Positions 1 through 12,048 are shown, counted from the first letter of the whole stretch. The stretch is 63,352 nucleotides of DNA, filler included, from Reticulomyxa filosa (GCA_000512085.1; 23 parts of 23 records of this genome joined end to end with filler, not necessarily neighbours in it); one strand, 5' to 3'. Translations and numbers: made by a program. Notes: generated by a model from the letters alone, not told the origin.

Positions 1-1
1 A

Positions 2-482
2 AAAGATGAAAATAAAGACGAGGAAGGATCAGAATCAGATAGTGACAGTGGCGAGTATTATACCGACAAAGATGAGGCGGACGCAGAAACCGAGACCGAA
101 ACGGAGACCGAATCAGAAGTGGAAACGAACACACAGACACTGACCAAGACACAATCGAAACGCAAGCCGGGCCAAGAGACACAGCAACTAAAGACTGACA
201 AGCAAAACAGAAAAGTGTCGGATGCAAAGCATAAGCGCAGCCAAACCGTGAAATCAACACAATTGCTCCACGGCGTCAATGAAACCAATGCGACAAAGAA
301 AGCTGCAAAGACCCCTCAAACCACCAATACGAAGCGAAGCACAAACACCGAAAAGACTATTAGCAGTGCTGTCACAGCCAAGAAAAAAACGCCAACCGAA
401 AAGGCAGTGCTTCAAAAGCGCAATAGTGCACAAACGGCAGAGTTGAAAAAGAATCAATCAACCAAATCAATTACAAATAAAA

Positions 483-521
<39 letters not shown>

Positions 522-2035
522 GTAATAAGAACAAAAATCAAAATAAAACACCAAAAAAGAATGGGACAACTTCGCCACAATTGAAAAAAGCAAAGACAGA
601 GGACGAAGTAGAAACAATAAAAGAGAAGGATAGAAAAGCAAAAAAGTCCACAAAAGACTTGTATGTGGACACAACGATTGAAAAAAGCGACGACGGAGAC
701 AACGCAGCAAGCGTTCAATCGTCGCCCGCGGATGCCGTGATTGGACTGTCTCCTGTCGAAAGCAACTACGACCAGGAAAATGAGGAACCAACTCCTAACG
801 ATAGGAAAAATAAAGGGTTTGCTGCGGATGATAGTGTAGGCGTAAAGACAAGTGCGAATGAAGATGCAACTGAAGCTGTGTTCAATATAAAAATCACCTC
901 TCCACGAAGACGATTAAGTGCTGGCGACATACGAAACGAAGCAACGACAAGCAATCCCACTTCGACATTCCAATTTTCGGAGACGTCGTCATCGGTGGCG
1001 CCCGAAGAATTGAGTCAAAGTCGGAGTGAATCGAATTTGCAGACATTGGATAGCAATGACAACAAAGGCAAAGCAAAAAAAAAAGGGAAGAAGCAATCCT
1101 TTTTTCAAAAAGCTGTTTTCCGGGTTCGGAAAATCGTCATCGCAACATGCGGACGAAAAGCTAGAAATAGAGGCGAGTGATGCGAGTGAGAGTCGTGATA
1201 TTGACGACGACAGAGATCTAAACTTGTCTATTGAAGACGAAACAACCATGAGTCGTGACAAGACAGGCTCTTTTAAGATCCGTGATAACAATAACGATGA
1301 TGCATCGACACAGGGAATCAATAGCAACAATGACGAGGAAAAACAATTAGTAAGATCATCTACTCTGAATAGTGACGTGACAAAGAGCAACAAAAAACCC
1401 ATTTTTGTCAATCCCAATATGAATCTACAACCCAATGAACTCTTGAGTGAACTGTTGTTTCTGTTTGGAGATCAAAAGCATCCTTGGATTCTAGAAAACT
1501 CAGATTTTTCATTTGACGTGCTAAACTCCATATCTAATCCACCTCCGTCCAATTCCGGTGATGTACAGTCCTCGACGTTTCCGGATTTTTCCTTTGTGCG
1601 ATTCTTCTTCGATGACACGTGTGTCAAAGTGTTCCGCGCTCAGGCGTTGACCTGCAAGCACAGCGACTTCTTACCGAATCCACGACAGGTCCTGTTCCCA
1701 CAACTGCTGTCCTCCTTGCCTCTGCCCATTTCCGAGGCGCAGCAAAAGTATACAGTCCAATGTCGATACCGCGCCCAAGACTTTGAGCTGTCCGATGCAA
1801 AAAAGGGACAAACCAAGACTTTCAATGACGCAAAGTTGAAAAAGCAACTGACCAATGATAGTCAATCCAATGACCCAACGAACAAAGATCTGGCATGGAT
1901 GCAAGAATACATTACCGATTTTGAAACTACGTTGGTTACATTTAATTACGAAACTACCACACAGCAATTTGCTGATCAAATCATTGAAACAGTTTTGATC
2001 TTTCATGTGTTTGCACTAATTTGATTTATATACAT

Positions 2036-2066
<31 letters not shown>

Positions 2067-4008
2067 CATGTATATATATATGTGTACATATATGAATTTT
2101 TTTTTATATAATACAAAAGATGCCAAAAGCCATCCAAAAAAATTTGGATCGAAACAAAGTGCTGTTAAAAGTCTGCGGAAGGGAAGAATACCTGTGGTAC
2201 AAAGAGAATGAAAGAGTAATGTCCTCTTCGTACGTTCGACATTTGATTCGAAACGACGAAGTGGATACCTCGCTTCGCTTTGTCTTGCTGTATTCGGTCG
2301 ACTTGGACCAACGATTGAAACAAGTGCAACAGCACATAACCGAGAGACAACAGTACTTTATGTCGAACAAGTGCTATCCCGAGTATCTAGTCGATGAAAA
2401 GTCTCGCAAGCAATGCATCCCTTACGAAAACCAAGGCTATTCATGCATTATCCCGGCATTGATTCAAAGCATTGCCAACAAAGATAATTACACTGTTCAT
2501 TTGTGGAATTACGTCGAAGGTGAATTTCAATGGTATGTGGACAACGTGCCCTCCGTTGTTGCTGAAAAGGTTCAATCTCCAAAGCCTTCCGTCTCTTCGC
2601 TACCATTGGCTTCTGCTAATGATTCAAAAAAACAGGGGTCCAACAAAGGCAATACCAATAATAATAGTAATAATAGTAATAATAGTAATAAAAATAATAA
2701 ACAATTCCAATTTTCAAGAGTGCGAACCACACACAACAGTAGTGCTTTATATCGCAAGAGTACAAATACAAACGAAGCTGCCAAAGACACTGCAACCAAT
2801 AACAAAAGCAAACCGGCAACAAAAAAAGAGCCTGTCAACACGCGAAAGATAACTCGCAATGTGTTTAAGAGAAACACCAAAACTGGCCAAAGCAAGGGTG
2901 CTCCACCGACGACAGCGACGACGACGACGACGACAAAAGAAGAGGACAGCGATACCAATGAAGAAAACGCACCTTCAACAAACAATAGCAATAGCAATAG
3001 CAAAGCCAACCCCGAAGATATCTTGCTTGGACGCCAAGGATATCCGTACAACAAAGCGAATGCCGCCATGCAAATGGATGAAGAGAAGATTGTGGAAGTG
3101 GATTGGGAGAAAATCGATCAAAACCAAGTTCGATTGGAAGAATTTGCGCAGCCCATTGAAATAAAAGTTTATTTAAAAAATTGTATTTGATTTCGTGTCA
3201 CGTTAGATAAAACAACTGCATATCTATCTATTGATTGACTGACACAGATCAATGGCATTCGAAATATCCATCAATCAGCGCGTTTTCGGAAAAACTTTGA
3301 CTATTTGGTGTTACGTATCGAACTGTTTGTAGGGACGGCTCGTTATGACGACGCGGCATGGGACATAAAAATCCCAAACGACGCAATATCCGAAACGATT
3401 GTGTTGCCGTCCGAGTCGTCGATATTTTCCACAATAAATGCGGAGCTGTTCTATTCGGAATTGCCAGTGGAAGCGTGTTGGTGCTTTACCATCTATGGCG
3501 TGGAAGAGCAATCGCACAAAGGAAAAGACGAAAAGAGCAAACGCGATTCAAAAAACAAGTACAAATCGCAAATGTTTAATTCCGAGTTTTTAGGGCTTGC
3601 CAACAACAGCGGCAATGCCAGCGGTGGTATTACCACCAGCAATAACAATAACAACAACAACAACAACAATGGCAATACCAACACAGGTGCATCCGGCAAC
3701 AAGTCCCATCACGTCAGTGGAAGCACGGCCGAACTTACCGAGTCCAATGTCGCGGCAAGTGGCTTCAGTGCGTTCAAGACGCCATCCACTCTCAGTCTCG
3801 ATGACGACAACAGATCGACGCTGTCCTTTGCCAGCGCAGGGGACAATGCCTTGCTATCTTCGTCCAATATCGTGTGCGCGTATGCCAATGAGGACATTGA
3901 ATGCATGGTCATTGACGACCTCAAGGATATCCTTCCTTTTGCTGAAACAGAAGATTATGAAGTGTGTTTGTTTGTTTGAAAAGAGAGACAGAGGAAGAAG
4001 AATAGAAC

Positions 4009-4051
<43 letters not shown>

Positions 4052-5016
4052 TAATAATACCACAAATCCCAAACAATTATTGCATACAATACAACAGGCC
4101 AAACTCGAGTTGGCATTGACTGCATTAAAGTGGCGCTCTGAACCCTTGGCCTGGTGTCGTCTACCAATGATTGATGAAAAGCACAAAATTCGAGATGGTC
4201 GAGTGAAACTGCGCTTGTGGGATGTTCCGGTGTGGACATATGTGAAAGGGGGCCCAAAAGCAGATCCATACACAACCGGGTTTTGGAAGAAATTCGGAAC
4301 CACGGCGCAGCCCAAGCTTAGCGAAAAGAGCAAACAGGTTTACAAAGAGCGCGAAAGCCAACGAAGCAAAGATATGAAAAGCAGTAAAAAAAAAGCCGCG
4401 CACAATAAAAAAGAACGCTCGACCAAAATCAATTATATGTTCTCCTCGTCAGAGAGTCAAAGTCTAATAGAAACCGAACACGAAGAGGATTTGCTTGGGG
4501 TCTATGTTTTCATCGAGTTTCCGTATTATCCCTTCCATGTCGTGGCACCTGTCGTCAATGGGAGACATGATCCCAGTGTTGCACAATCCATCATTCCATA
4601 TAAGCGAAGACATTATCCCGTTTCGAATTGAGAGAGGATATATATATGTATAAAGGGGAAAAAAGAAGCTTACACACATATACATTACATATGTATTTGT
4701 GTGCATATAAAATACAAATGCACCAATAAATGAAACATATAGGGTAAAGATTTGTTGGAGAATTTAATAAAAATTGACGGGATTGAACCATTGTCTGATA
4801 AGGACAAAATGTTGGTGTATTCGAACAAAGAGAAGCTGATGCGATCACCGGAAGCGTTGCCTACGTTCTTGCGATCAGTAGACTGGCTCGACGACGAGGC
4901 ACGAAAAGAGGCCTACGATTACTTGGAGAGATGGGCGCAGCCGAATAACCCAGAGGATTGCATTGAATTGTTGAGACACGAGTTTGTGGACAATCGCGTC
5001 CGTTTGTATGCATTGA
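2..5016 (+). CDS. Class I-like phosphatidylinositol 3-kinase, partial, multi-exon (Ras-binding, C2 and PIK helical domains; kinase domain beyond contig end)
   Basis: RBD-like 'VLLKVCGREEYL' (ORF 2120), C2-like 'ELFYSELPVEACWCFTIYG' and 'PLAWCRLPMIDEKHKIRDGRVKLRLW', helical domain 'PEALPTFLRSVDW...WAQP..PEDCIELL.HEFVDNRVRLYA' (4752-5016). Long low-complexity N-terminus with an apparent frameshift at the A10 run 1075-1084. Confidence 0.8.
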
Positions 5017-5116
5017 NNNNNNNNNNNNNNNNNNNNNNNNNNNNNNNNNNNNNNNNNNNNTTAATTAATTAANNNNNNNNNNNNNNNNNNNNNNNNNNNN
5101 NNNNNNNNNNNNNNNN
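5017..5116. other. Artificial contig spacer (N44-TTAATTAATTAA-N44), first of 22
   Basis: Identical 100-nt spacers with stops in all six frames start at 5017, 12128, 13459, 15389, 16877, 18583, 19806, 21633, 27369, 28474, 32280, 33420, 35611, 38592, 40123, 51122, 52256, 53462, 55243, 58343, 60806 and 61943. Confidence 0.98.
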
Positions 5117-5172
5117 ATGCCTTACACTTTTTTTTTTGTTGAGATTCTGATGTTTCATTTTTAAATAAAATG

Positions 5173-5201
<29 letters not shown>

Positions 5202-5203
<2 letters not shown>

Positions 5204-8200
5204 CGAAAGCTCAGTTGGACCACTTGGCCTCTGCAAGACCGGATTTGTGGAGTTTGAGTGCCTTTGTCGAAACGTACATTGAAAAGCTAACGCCGGTTTC
5301 CATGACGAAATACAGAAATGTTACGTGGGACGATATTCCAATCGACGAACGAAAGGGCTTTCTAACGGTGTTGTATACATGGGCGTGTCAGTATTTGGAT
5401 CAGCCCGTTCAACGAAGCTTGAAGTCCTCCATTTTGTTCGCTTTTGTCAATCTGCTACAACAAGAGGTTTGTTATTTGTTATTGTTGTTGTGCTACAATC
5501 GAGCGAGGCTTTGAACAACTTTTTTTTTTTTCCCATTATATATATCATACATCGCATATCACGTTATTCAAAAATTAACATTAACAAACTAGGATAAGTA
5601 TCACTTTGAAGCATTTTTAGAGTATTTAAATATCCCCAGAAAAAGTCAATTCAATTCCAAGTTGGTCCAAACCTTTGAAAAAACTACCAAAAAAGAGTGG
5701 GGATACGGGACACTGGCCGAATTTGGACACTCTTATTCCTTTTTCAATGGCTATCGAAACACTCCGAGATGGACTGCAACTAGGTCTTTTTTTTTTTTTT
5801 TTTAGGACGTTGCGAAACACATATTCAAAAACATTACAAAATAAATAAATAATGTGTGCATGTGCATGTCAAAAGTGACGAAACACTGGTGAAAGAGTTT
5901 TTAATGAAGCTGTTTACTGACGAATCGAGCTGGCATGCGTTGTTGCAAAGCGAAATGAAAACTCAGTTTGCCAAACAATTTGTGGAAAAGAACGGAAAGA
6001 AATCGATTCGAGAAGCGTTCCAAGAACTGATCGACGACACCGTTCTGGAACAATGGGAAGCAGAAGGGTACCTCTACAGCGGACAAACCGCCAATGCCGC
6101 CAACTACATTGAAAAGCTGAACAAATTGCAAGGTTTAAACTATGTCAACCTATTGAAAAGTTTTGTGCATGTGTGTACTTTTTTTTTTTTTTTAGCAATG
6201 CAGCAATCAATAACGTGCACTGCATGTTTTAACAAGAAAAATATTGTATGTATGATGTGGTTAAAAAGATGCCGTGGAATTAGAGTTTGTCGAAAGCAAT
6301 CCGAAATATGTGGACATGAAGACGCCCATAGAAATTGAAGTGATAGCGAAAAACACAGGGGAAATATTGTGCAAAGTATTTGAGATCAACACAAAGAGTT
6401 ACTTCCGAGAAAAGCAAACGGATTTGAAGAGCGACATGGAATTGGATGGATTTCACGCGGCTCACGAGTGGGTGACCACGCCAACATTCAATCATCCCTT
6501 CCATCGTGTCAGGGTCAAAATCTCTTTACCTTCTGAGTTGCAAAAGAAAAGAGGAGTGGTTTTTATTGACCTGATTGCAAATGGACAGCATAGTCGAGGT
6601 ATTATATTTTGTATTCTATCTCTCGCACACATTTAGATCGTTGTAATAAATAATACTATTATTACAATTGTACACATATATGACATATATAAATATTTTT
6701 TTTTTTTTTTAAAAAAAAGCAATAATCAGACGAGGAGAAATTCGAACGATTGAACGCATAACAGCCAGAGGACACACGTTTCAAATGCTAGACGAAAGTG
6801 GAGAGCTAATAAAAAATGGAACGATTTGGATGAGCGGACATGCATATCACTCGGACGACAAGGGCGAGATTGATATTCCATTTAGCACCGATCCAAAGCC
6901 ACAAAAGATTGTGTTGCAACGCAACGACGACCCTGAATTCAACGTGCTGTCTTCGTTTGATCACAAATCGGAAAGCTACGAATTGCAATGCGGGTTTTAT
7001 TTGGACAGAGAGCAAATCATTGCAAAAAAGGTCGCAACGGTGTTGGTGCGTCCGGGCATTCTGTTGAACGGCTTTCGCACGACAGTGAAGATAATTGAAA
7101 GGCCCAAGCTATCGATCGAAATCAAGACGTCGGACAGTCAGGGAGTGAACAAGACCTTTAACAACTTTAAGCTGTCTGATGGGGCGGAATCAGTGGCAAA
7201 GATCAGTATTCCAATGAATACGACGGAAGTGTGTGTTCGATTGGAATGCCAAGTGACGAATCAGTCGCAAAATAAAAAAGTGGGTCTGGAAAAGTCACAA
7301 ACATTTCGAGTCAATGGCATTCACCAAACGTCACAAATCGAGTCATTTCATTTGATCCCCGCCGCCGCAGATGCGTCTTTCCTCGTTGCATTGTACGGAA
7401 AGACGGGCGAAGGCATTGCCCGCGCTGTGTGCAAACTGGAATTGACGCACCACTTTTTCACAAAGCCCATTGAACTGGACGTGATGACAGATCACGCCGG
7501 ACATATTCATTTGCCCGCCATGCACGGCTTCCAAGCGCTGGAAGTATCCCACGGGACCGTTCGTGCTAAGTGGGACTTGGAATGCACTTTGACCATCAAT
7601 GACACGCCCAGGACCGTTCACATGATCGAAGGAGGGGCCCTTCATATCCCTTTTGTCCTCAATCATCACACCTCCTCCTCCTCCGATGCAAAGTCGGCCA
7701 AGCTGTTGCTCTGGGACGAACTGCACGCCAATATCTTCCCCGAACATGTGCATTACGACGCCACACACAAGGAAATTGTCGTGCACAAATTGAAGGCGGG
7801 AGTCTATACCTTGGCCGTCTTTGGTCATTCTCGTCACATTACCATTCATGTCACCCAAGGCAAGCTTCTCGATAACAACTTTGTCGTCAATAACAATGAA
7901 ATTTTGCAATTGTCAAACGATAGACTTTTGCAGATCTCGCACATTGTCGGAAACAAAAAGGATGGCGTCCAGATTATTTTGAATGGTTTTGGCAGTTACA
8001 TTAATTGATCCACATTTGTGTATATTGAAAAATAATACATAATAAGCACAAATATTTTATAATTGATTCATTGAATTTGCTGTATATAGCTAACACACGA
8101 GTACACGTGCTATTGACTCATTTCATGCCCACGTTTGAGCTGAACGATCTTTTTAACAAGCTATCGAGCAGCAATCTTACCAAAGGCTTTCTTTCTCATG

Positions 8201-11200
8201 CCAACAGCATATACTTGAAACAACGGACAATTGGAGAAGAATATCGCTACATCCTGGAGCGACAAAAGGCACCGCAATTCCTTGGCAACAGCTTGCAAAG
8301 GCCGACGCTGCTGATCAAACCGTTGGAGAACCAGGCAACCGACACGGTCACGCAAACGGTCAAGCGAGGCGAGGCGTTGGAACAGTATGATCTTAGCGGA
8401 TTTTCATCAATGGCGGCCAAACGGGGCGCACTATCCAGTTTTACCATCTCCGCTGCTTCGAATACGGACGCCAGGTGTTTGGACTTTTTGACAACCGAAG
8501 GCAAGGTGTTGTACAACTTGAGACCCAACGACAAGGGCGTGGTGAACATTGACTCGTCTCACATCCTTGGCAGTCACACTTTGTTGCGATGCATCGCCAG
8601 TGACGAAGAGCGAGTGGTCTTGTCTTCTTTGCCTTTGTGCAAATTGAACAATGATGACGACAATGAAGAAAAGAAGAAGATATTTGATTACGGAGATTTG
8701 CGACTGTTCCCTGGATTGCATCCAAGCAAATGCTTCACGCAACAACGAGACATGGAATTGCTGTCCACTAAAAATGCTTCGTACAAAATCAACGATTTCA
8801 AGTCGTCGGAAGTGGTGACATTCGACAGCATCCGCGACGTGTTCAACTTTTATTCGTCGCTGTCGTCTGTCGTCAGCAGCAAGGACTTGCGAAGGAACTG
8901 GGATTTCCTGAGCGAATGGCATGGCTTGGGACGCGAAAAGCAGATGGAATATGTCGATGAGTTCTTTTCCCACGAACTTAACCTATTTTTATTCAAAAAA
9001 GATACCAAGTTTTTCGACGAAGTGTGCAAGCCCTTGATTCGCTCGAAATTGCGCAAAGACATTGTCGACCTGTATTTATTGGGAGAGTTTAAGAAGCTGG
9101 AACAATATGCCACTTTGGAGTGGCTGAGTCGAATGAACGCACTGGAAATCATTCTGGTGGCTCATGCGAGTGGCAAGAAAGAGTTCCGCGGCTTGGCTAA
9201 GAAATACTTTGCCAAGCAGCAACAACTCATCGAGGACAATGCCGAAGCATTGGACAAACTCTTTACCACCGCAATCAAGTGTAAACAAGTGCAACAAGAA
9301 ACACAAGCACAAGAGGAGGAACAGCAAGAACAAGAGGAAGAGCGAGAGAATGACGATGAAAACGAAGAAGACGAAGAAGAGATAGAGGATAACCAAGACA
9401 ATGCCTTTGGAGGGACGTTTGATTTGCATGGCGGTAGCATGAGCATCATTGTCAAGACGTTGACCGGCAAAGCTGTCGAGATTATGTGTGACCCCACCGA
9501 TACCATCCAAAATGTCAAGGCCAAGATCCAAGACAAGGAGGGCATCCCACCCGATCAACAACGCCTAATCTTTGCTGGAAAGCAACTGGAAGATGGCAGG
9601 ACGTTATCTGATTACAACATTCAGAAAGATAGTACTTTGCATTTGGTACTGCGTCTCAGAGGAGGCTGCTTTGTCGCAGGCACATTGATTCGAATGGCTG
9701 ATGGAACACTACGAAAAATTGAGGATATTGTAAATGGTGATATTGTGTATTCCATGGAAGAAACAAAGCAAGTTATCAATTATTATATAATTGCATATAC
9801 ATTATTGTATACATACATACATACATATTGTATACGTCATTATATAATTGTAGGTAATATCAACATGTGCGGTGAAAAATGTGTTCCGATTCGTAGTTTG
9901 CGAATTGTGCGAGATCGAGTTTAGCGATGGAACGAAGATGGTAACAACACCGCAACACTTGATTTACGTGGTAAATAAGGGCTGGAGCTGCGTGGACCCT
10001 TTTGTCGAAAACAGCAAGCACGACAAAGTGCTGGCCAAAGGGGACCAGGTAATAAAGTTGGACGTGAGCGACGGCAAAGTCGGTTCCCAAAACGAAGCAG
10101 TGTTTGTGGCAAATATCCGACACTTGACCAGCGATCGGGACAATGAAGAGGCCTTGGTGTACACGCTGCATTTGGACAATGGCTATCACACGTATTTCGC
10201 ACAGGACATTCTGGTCCACAACACGTTGCGACTGACCATTAATCTGCCCGATTCCTCCACGTTGATATTGAATGTCGAGCCAGAGATGACCGTCGCCACC
10301 ATCAAATTGTTGATTCAAGTGCAGCGAGGATTTGACATGAGCCAGCAGATACTGATGTGGCAAGGCAATGCTTTGTCCAACACTGCAACTTTGGCATCGC
10401 ATAGCATTTACAAAGTTTAAAAAAAAACTCTTTACTAATTTGCAACTTTTTGTATAAAAAAAAAAAAAAAAAAATGTAAGAATAAAATAAAGTTGGTTAT
10501 CTTTGTTTGATTGATGAATATTTTTTGTTGTATCTCATTATTGCCCGCAAAATAGGATGCTACGTTCGATTTGATCATACCAGGTTTCAGCGCAAAAAAA
10601 GAAAGACGGGGTAAATAAATTTGTGACACAATGTGTAATATTTTTTTTATTTATTTTTCCAAATATTTCAAAGTAAGCAAGTAGTTTTATAATCAAAAGC
10701 TAACAAATGAAATTAATGATGTGGATGTGTCCTCCCAAATCATAAGTGGGCCGATTCAGCTAGCGGCGACGTAAAGAAGCGACGAGCAATGAAAGATAAG
10801 CAGCTGTTTAAGCAGTTGGATCAAACGAAAGAGTACTGTGAGACGTACTACTATAAAGTGCCGTTTAAAAAGCTGCAAAGCGATTTAGTGCCTTTGAATA
10901 AGTTTTGGTGCAGCTATGCCGAGCATGTGTTGAGCGATGAAAAAGAGGAAAAAGAGGAGCGTGCGTTTTTGTCGAAGCATTGGCTAATTGCGACCGATTC
11001 ATTGAACGAAATGCTGCTCGTGTTGGGTGTATTGGACTTGCCATTGACAGCAGAAGGACCGACATTACACGAAAACAGAGAAGACAAGCGTGATCCATCG
11101 GTGACACTGGTGACCAATGACCCCTGCATTGTGTTGGTGAAGCAGTTGAAGGAGATTCCGTTGACCAAGACTTCACTGGTATCGATCAACGCGTCATTCT

Positions 11201-12048
11201 TCGATCCCGACGACACACACATTCGAGACGAAAACGGGGAAAAGCAAGATAAGCTGGTGGACACGTTCATCCCCGGCAAAGTGTATGGTATGCGAGCCGT
11301 GGCCACTAATTTGTCGTCCAATGCTCTGTCACTAGAGTTGCTCGTGGAACTGCCTCAAGGATCGATCCCGGTATCCAGTGGCGCGTATACCAAAACATCA
11401 TTCTTGCAACTCAACGCCTTCAGCACCACTCATCAATGCTTTTACTTTTATTGGCCGCAACCCGGCAGCTACGGACTATTCCCCATGTGCGTGTCCCGCA
11501 AAACAAAGGTCATTGGCACCGCCAATGTCCCCAAACAACTACACGTGGCCATCCCGCAAAAAGACAAGCCTTTAGATGTCAAGTCGTGGAAGGATGTCAC
11601 GCTGCATGGAAGAGACGCCGATGTGCTCGCCTTTTTGCAACACAATAATCCCTTTGATCTCGATTTGTCTTTCATTTATCACCGCTGCAAAGACGCTGCC
11701 TTCTTCGAGGCCGTTTGCAAAACCCTGCGCATTTACGGTTTGTTCGATCATCGCATTTGGGCTTATGCCATCATTCACCACAAGTGTGTGCAAGAATTGC
11801 AAGAGTATCTGCTTCGAAACTCGTACTTTATCCAGAATGTCTTGCAACCCGTTTTCCGAGTTTACTTTTATAAATAAATAATTATATAAATATATACATA
11901 AAATATATACGTATATACATATATTCATTTGTTATGCCGACAGTCAAAGTGGATCAAATATGATGACATTGAAAATAATGCATTTGCACATTTGGAATAC
12001 ATTCCTTTGGTAAATGCTCGAGCTCATTTGTTGGGCCAAAAAAAAGAA
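5202..12048 (+). CDS. Very large multi-exon uncharacterised protein (beta-rich, possibly macroglobulin-like) with an internal ubiquitin-Hint-UBL cassette; partial at both ends
   Basis: Co-directional ORFs (5170, 5856, 6274, 6785, 8071, 9872, 10789, 11929) separated by AT-rich GT..AG intervals. In-frame joins checked by hand: introns 9772-9853, 10415-10555 and 10611-10759. Confidence 0.8.
9439..9666 (+). other. Internal ubiquitin domain (76 aa, ends LRLRGG)
   Basis: [11 protein letters not shown]...[12 protein letters not shown]; 64/76 identical to canonical animal ubiquitin by manual alignment. Confidence 0.97.
9667..10222 (+). other. Hint (intein-like/BIL-type) autoprocessing domain, 158 aa, split by intron 9772-9853
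   Basis: Block A '[29 protein letters not shown]', block B '[14 protein letters not shown]', blocks F/G '[22 protein letters not shown]', followed by Thr (10223-10225). Confidence 0.92.
10226..10585 (+). other. Second, divergent ubiquitin-like domain without C-terminal diGly, split by intron 10415-10555
   Basis: [63 protein letters not shown]|[10 protein letters not shown] aligns without gaps to ubiquitin (VEP17-19, K27, IQ30-31, G35, QQ40-41, G47, TL55-56, K63, T66, L69). Confidence 0.85.

Noticed and set aside
488-4057. (AAT)n and (ACG)n microsatellites and poly-Tyr/Ile/Leu antisense ORFs
   Set aside because: Ordinary poly-Asn/Thr coding tracts or intronic microsatellites typical of this genome.
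9439-9924. Ordinary ubiquitin-ribosomal protein fusion or polyubiquitin
   Set aside because: The sequence after GG is a Hint block A, not L40, S27a or ubiquitin; the tail of the 8071-9924 ORF is intron read-through.
9667-10222. Hedgehog-type Hog domain or mobile homing intein
   Set aside because: It ends in His-Asn/Thr followed by a UBL rather than a sterol-recognition region, and 158 aa leaves no room for an endonuclease.
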